DNA of 64,000 nucleotides from Paraspadella gotoi. Its lineage: Eukaryota; Animalia; Chaetognatha. Both the position numbers and the translations under genes were made by a program. The notes under the pieces were generated by a model, which was not told the DNA's origin, did no database searches, and saw nothing but the letters and a program-made list of their open reading frames with translations. The DNA is taken from positions 5,438,556-5,502,555 of the forward strand of contig CM119265.1 in assembly GCA_051294375.1 (NCBI GenBank). Direction: 5' to 3'. Position 1 is the stretch's first letter. Each line of letters starts with the position of its first letter. Below are positions 60,361 to 64,000 of this stretch, one piece after another.

Positions 60361-62593
60361 TCAAAACGGATCTCGGGGCGGCGCAGGGGCCGTCGGTTTC
60401 AAGTTGCCGACCTTGCCGCGGTTTCGCTTCACCGGTGAACAATGAACGGAGCTGCTTCCACCTCCGCCGCCGCCGCCGCCGCCATAGTTCGTGCCTCCGC
60501 GCTGCAGCTGCGCCGCGTGCGGGTTGTTGCACACGCTGCGCGGGCTGCTGTGGTGGCTCTCGTTGTTGCTGCCCGAGAGTTGGTTACAGTTTTGCCCGCC
60601 GAGTACGCCGCCGCCGCCGCCGCCCCCCGAGTTTAGGGCGTTGATGCGCTGACTGAGCGTCTCGCGAAGATTGTCACGCAAGGTGGAATGGGTGGTGCCG
60701 CTCCCGGCGTCACGATGCGTTGGCGCCGTCGCCGGAGGAGGAGGGACGTCGCGGATGGAGTTGGCGCCGTAGTGGGGCGCCCTATCGTTGCCGAGAAGGT
60801 GGGCGTGCCCGTCTAGATCCGACTTCTTTTCGGGATTGTTCAGTTTTAGGTAGATTTGCCCGGCTAAGGTTGAAAGAACAAACGAAAGAAGAAAGACTCA
60901 AAGAGATGTAAATTTTGAAATGGTAAGATTTACATTTTTTTTTAAATAACAGATCAAAAATTATTTTCAGTAATAGTATCTGTTTTGCTTTTTGATTGTT
61001 TCGTAAATTAAAACTTCCCAAAAGACTGCATAACTAAACTATATTATCCTTTCCTAGATTCTCACCTGTTTGATGCCCGAGTAGCGGGTGGTCTGGGGTG
61101 ACCCCGTTGATGTGGAGGGGCGGGCTGGGCGGCCAGGCGGTTCCGCTCGCCTGGCTGGCCAGCGTGCTCCCGTGTAATTCGTGCATGTGGATGCGTTTGA
61201 AGTCGTCCCAGAGTTTGTCCAACACGGCCGCGACGACGATTCCGCCTTGGGGGAAATATTTTGATTGAATTCATCGATTGATTGATTGACTAAAATTTTT
61301 TCGTCGGGTTTTATTGCTCGGTTTTACTTTATATTGATCTTTTTGATTGACGTCACCTATGTTAATTTCGACTAATTGAAGGAGAAACACGCCATCCCTG
61401 CGCAGATAGACCGAAGCGAATTTTCGCGAGAGTCTTTTGTCTTCACGATTTTTCAGCTTCTTCATCCTCGTGAGGTAACCTGAAGCGAGGAGAAGAAAAA
61501 AGAGACGTTGGGTGACGTTGGGTGATGCTGGGGTTGGCGTAGGCGTTGGCGTTTGCATTGGCGCTAGCGGCGGCACGAAGCGGCGCTCGAAATCGAAAAC
61601 AGAGAAAAGCTTTTTACGTTGAGTCAAGAAATCGACATTCGAGAATGGATGGAGGAAAGGAAAGGGAGAGAGGAAGGTTGAGGCAAGAAGGAAAGAGATG
61701 GAGCACCTTTGTGATGCACGAGGGAAGAAGGAACGAAATGGGACGGTTTTGGACGCCGTAGTGATGCAAAAAGGGAAGAAGGAAAAGCTAAAGCACCACT
61801 GTCAATTAATGATACATGGACCAACCGTTCGAATAAAAGGAATAAAGAAAAAATAAGGAAAGAAAAACGAAACGAAATAGCTACATGACAAACAGATAGA
61901 GTCAGGCGAAGGGAATTTGGTCTCATTCGGCGACCAACATATGCCATTGTCAAGGTCGCTCACCCTTCACGAAGGACATCCTGGTCCGACTGGCGTTTCT
62001 CCAGACCCAGAGGAAGACGGAGAGAAAAGTGGCGAGGAGGAGGAAAATGAACCAGAGAGTCAGACAGGCGTACAGCTTGTCGTTGTAGAGATTGATCGGC
62101 AGCACGCACTGCACCGTGTAGTGGAGCAGATTTCCCTGGTGGGTGAGAGAAAAGGGAGACGTTTGATGAGGGAATAAGGGGGATGAAGCGGAAATACGGG
62201 AAGGGAAATGGAATAAGTAAGTAAGGGGGAGGCTTGGGTAGCGGAATTGGGAAATATATCATAAAGTGGAAAAGGGGGGAAAATAGAGAATAAGTCGAGG
62301 AAAAAGAGAAGAGAAAAGGAAGAGGAGGAAGGAGAAAAGAAAAAGAGAAGATAAGACGAGAGAAGAGAAGAGAAAAAGTTAGGAGGGGAAAAGGAAATTC
62401 GGGTTGATGGGGAGAAAAAGATCCGACTCTGAATTATTCATGGTCTCGAAGCATCGAGGCGGCGTAGGCAAGCGTCGGCAAGCGTCGGCCAGCGTCGGCA
62501 AGCGTCGGCAAGCCTCGGCGTCGGCCACGGGCGTCACAAAGTCACTTTCGCCGATCGCGGAATGGGCCGTTCGTTCCGCAACGAACGCTATCT

Positions 62594-62632
<39 letters not shown>

Positions 62633-62881
62633 TCTCTCTGCTCTCTCTTCTCTCTCTCCTCCTCTCTCTCTCTCTCTCTCTCTCATTCACTGCGCCGCGG
62701 CGAAGGGACTTGTTTCTTCTTGCGCGACGCGCGCCGAAACAGATTCAAAGGTCCGGTTTTATGGGTAGACCCTTCACCCGCTGGTCGCCAGAGCGAGACT
62801 TTTGGCGAAAAAAAAAAAAAAAGAAAAAATATCTTTTCGGCGTCCGTTTTGTGTTTTTTTTTTTTTTTTTTTGTGTTTTTT

Positions 62882-62920
<39 letters not shown>

Positions 62921-64000
62921 TTTTTTTTTTTTTTTTAAATATAATATGTTATTTTCGGATTCGACGGTCTCTTTTGCTTTTCGTTACATAACAAACCTAC
63001 GTAAAACGGTAAAAGCCTGTTGTATCCCGAACTGTCTTTTCCTGTCTATTTTTTTGTATTCTATTATCGCTTTCTTTCCTCCACCCTCGCCTTCCTTTCC
63101 CCCCCCGCTGTGCTTCCCTTCCCCCCCCTCCTCCGGCCGATTGTAAGGCACCTCCAGGGTCTAAGATAAAGAGGGGGGTCCTAAAGAGGAAAGAGGACTG
63201 TCAAAAAAAAAGTTTATAAATTTTATTTATTTTTTATTTTTTCGTATAAAAGTTTTTGGAAATACAAGGGCACGCAACATTCAATTACACAAGGTTAAAT
63301 AACTCTCTCCTCTCTCTCTCTTCTCCCGTTCTCCTTCTCTCTCTCTCTCTCTTCGTCCTCGCCTCTCTCTTCTCGGGGGTCATCTCTCAACCTGTTGGTG
63401 TGCCGAGTATTCGCAAATGGTTTGAATGGGAAAACGAAGGGAGGAGATCCACGTGTCTTCGTAAATAAGGCCGTAAATGACGTTGAATCCGTGAAGAATG
63501 TGTTCCGTTCCCAAAAATAACGTCAAACAGTAGAGCTGAAAACCGTGAATAATTAATGGCCAAGTCGTACGCAGTAAGTACTCAGTAAGTTTCTTTGACA
63601 CCTAAATAATAATACTCTGGGTGATATTAAATTAGATTCGATTAAAAGCTAGTCTTGATTAAAACTAGTCTTGATTGAATGCTTTAAGGATCCTGATAGT
63701 TATGTTATGAAGGTTTTAACCACCACCATAGTTTATTAATAAATCAAAGGATAATCATAATGTTTACATTGTAACATTTTATAATTGACATTTCCTCCTC
63801 ACCTGGAATGTGAGATTGACCATGTAAAAAAACTTGATAAGTAAGAAGAGAAAGAAGAGATAATTTCCGTAGAGTTTTCCTATGCAAACGTTTTGTTTGA
63901 GCCGCTGCAAACAGCCAGTGGCCGAGTCGTTGTGAGTGATGGACATGAATCTGAGGAAGACGTGGTTCATTTTTAAATTAATTTCGGTCTTGAATGAGGA
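60361..64000 (-). CDS. Innexin (gap-junction protein), 3' part; the 5' end lies outside the window
   Basis: GKLYGNYLFFLFLLIKFFYMVNLTFQ|LYCLTLFLG...RFPIQTICEY|GNLLHYTVQCVLPINLYNDKLYACLTLWF|...YLRRDGVFLLQLVEINI|GGIVVAAVLDKLW. The Gly/Pro-rich last exon 60884-60361 has one apparent frameshift. Confidence 0.92.

Noticed and set aside
62455-62530. Short (GCAAGCGTCG)n repeat in an innexin intron
   Set aside because: A simple minisatellite, probably part of a non-autonomous element; no termini or second copy found.

Overview
Gene-dense, intron-rich genomic DNA from an invertebrate animal (AT-rich introns, GC-rich exons, abundant (CT)n microsatellites, bilaterian-type innexin), from an assembly with many indel errors, N gaps and two probably artefactual tandem duplications. 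Exons were joined by hand using splice phase. Genes found: a large type-I receptor (signal peptide, C-type lectin, about 20 cbEGF, 2 kringles, Cys-rich region, TM, Tyr-rich tail) with a phospholipid-scramblase gene nested on the same strand in intron 2; a 20.6-kb PNPLA2/ATGL-like lipase whose introns hold a JmjC gene, a folate-receptor-domain gene and five tRNA-Cys genes on the opposite strand; a divergent SID-1-family gene; a secreted C-type lectin; FAM78; and an innexin. The most notable non-coding content is a set of about 230-250 bp elements with 4-bp TSDs and tRNA-like pol III boxes (Helenus/TRIM-like). One is a complete two-LTR element whose empty site is visible in the duplicated copy, and one sits at a splice acceptor and rebuilds it. 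A Penelope-like retroelement and minimal hammerhead ribozymes are also present. All calls come from manual reading and recalled family motifs; no database searches were run.
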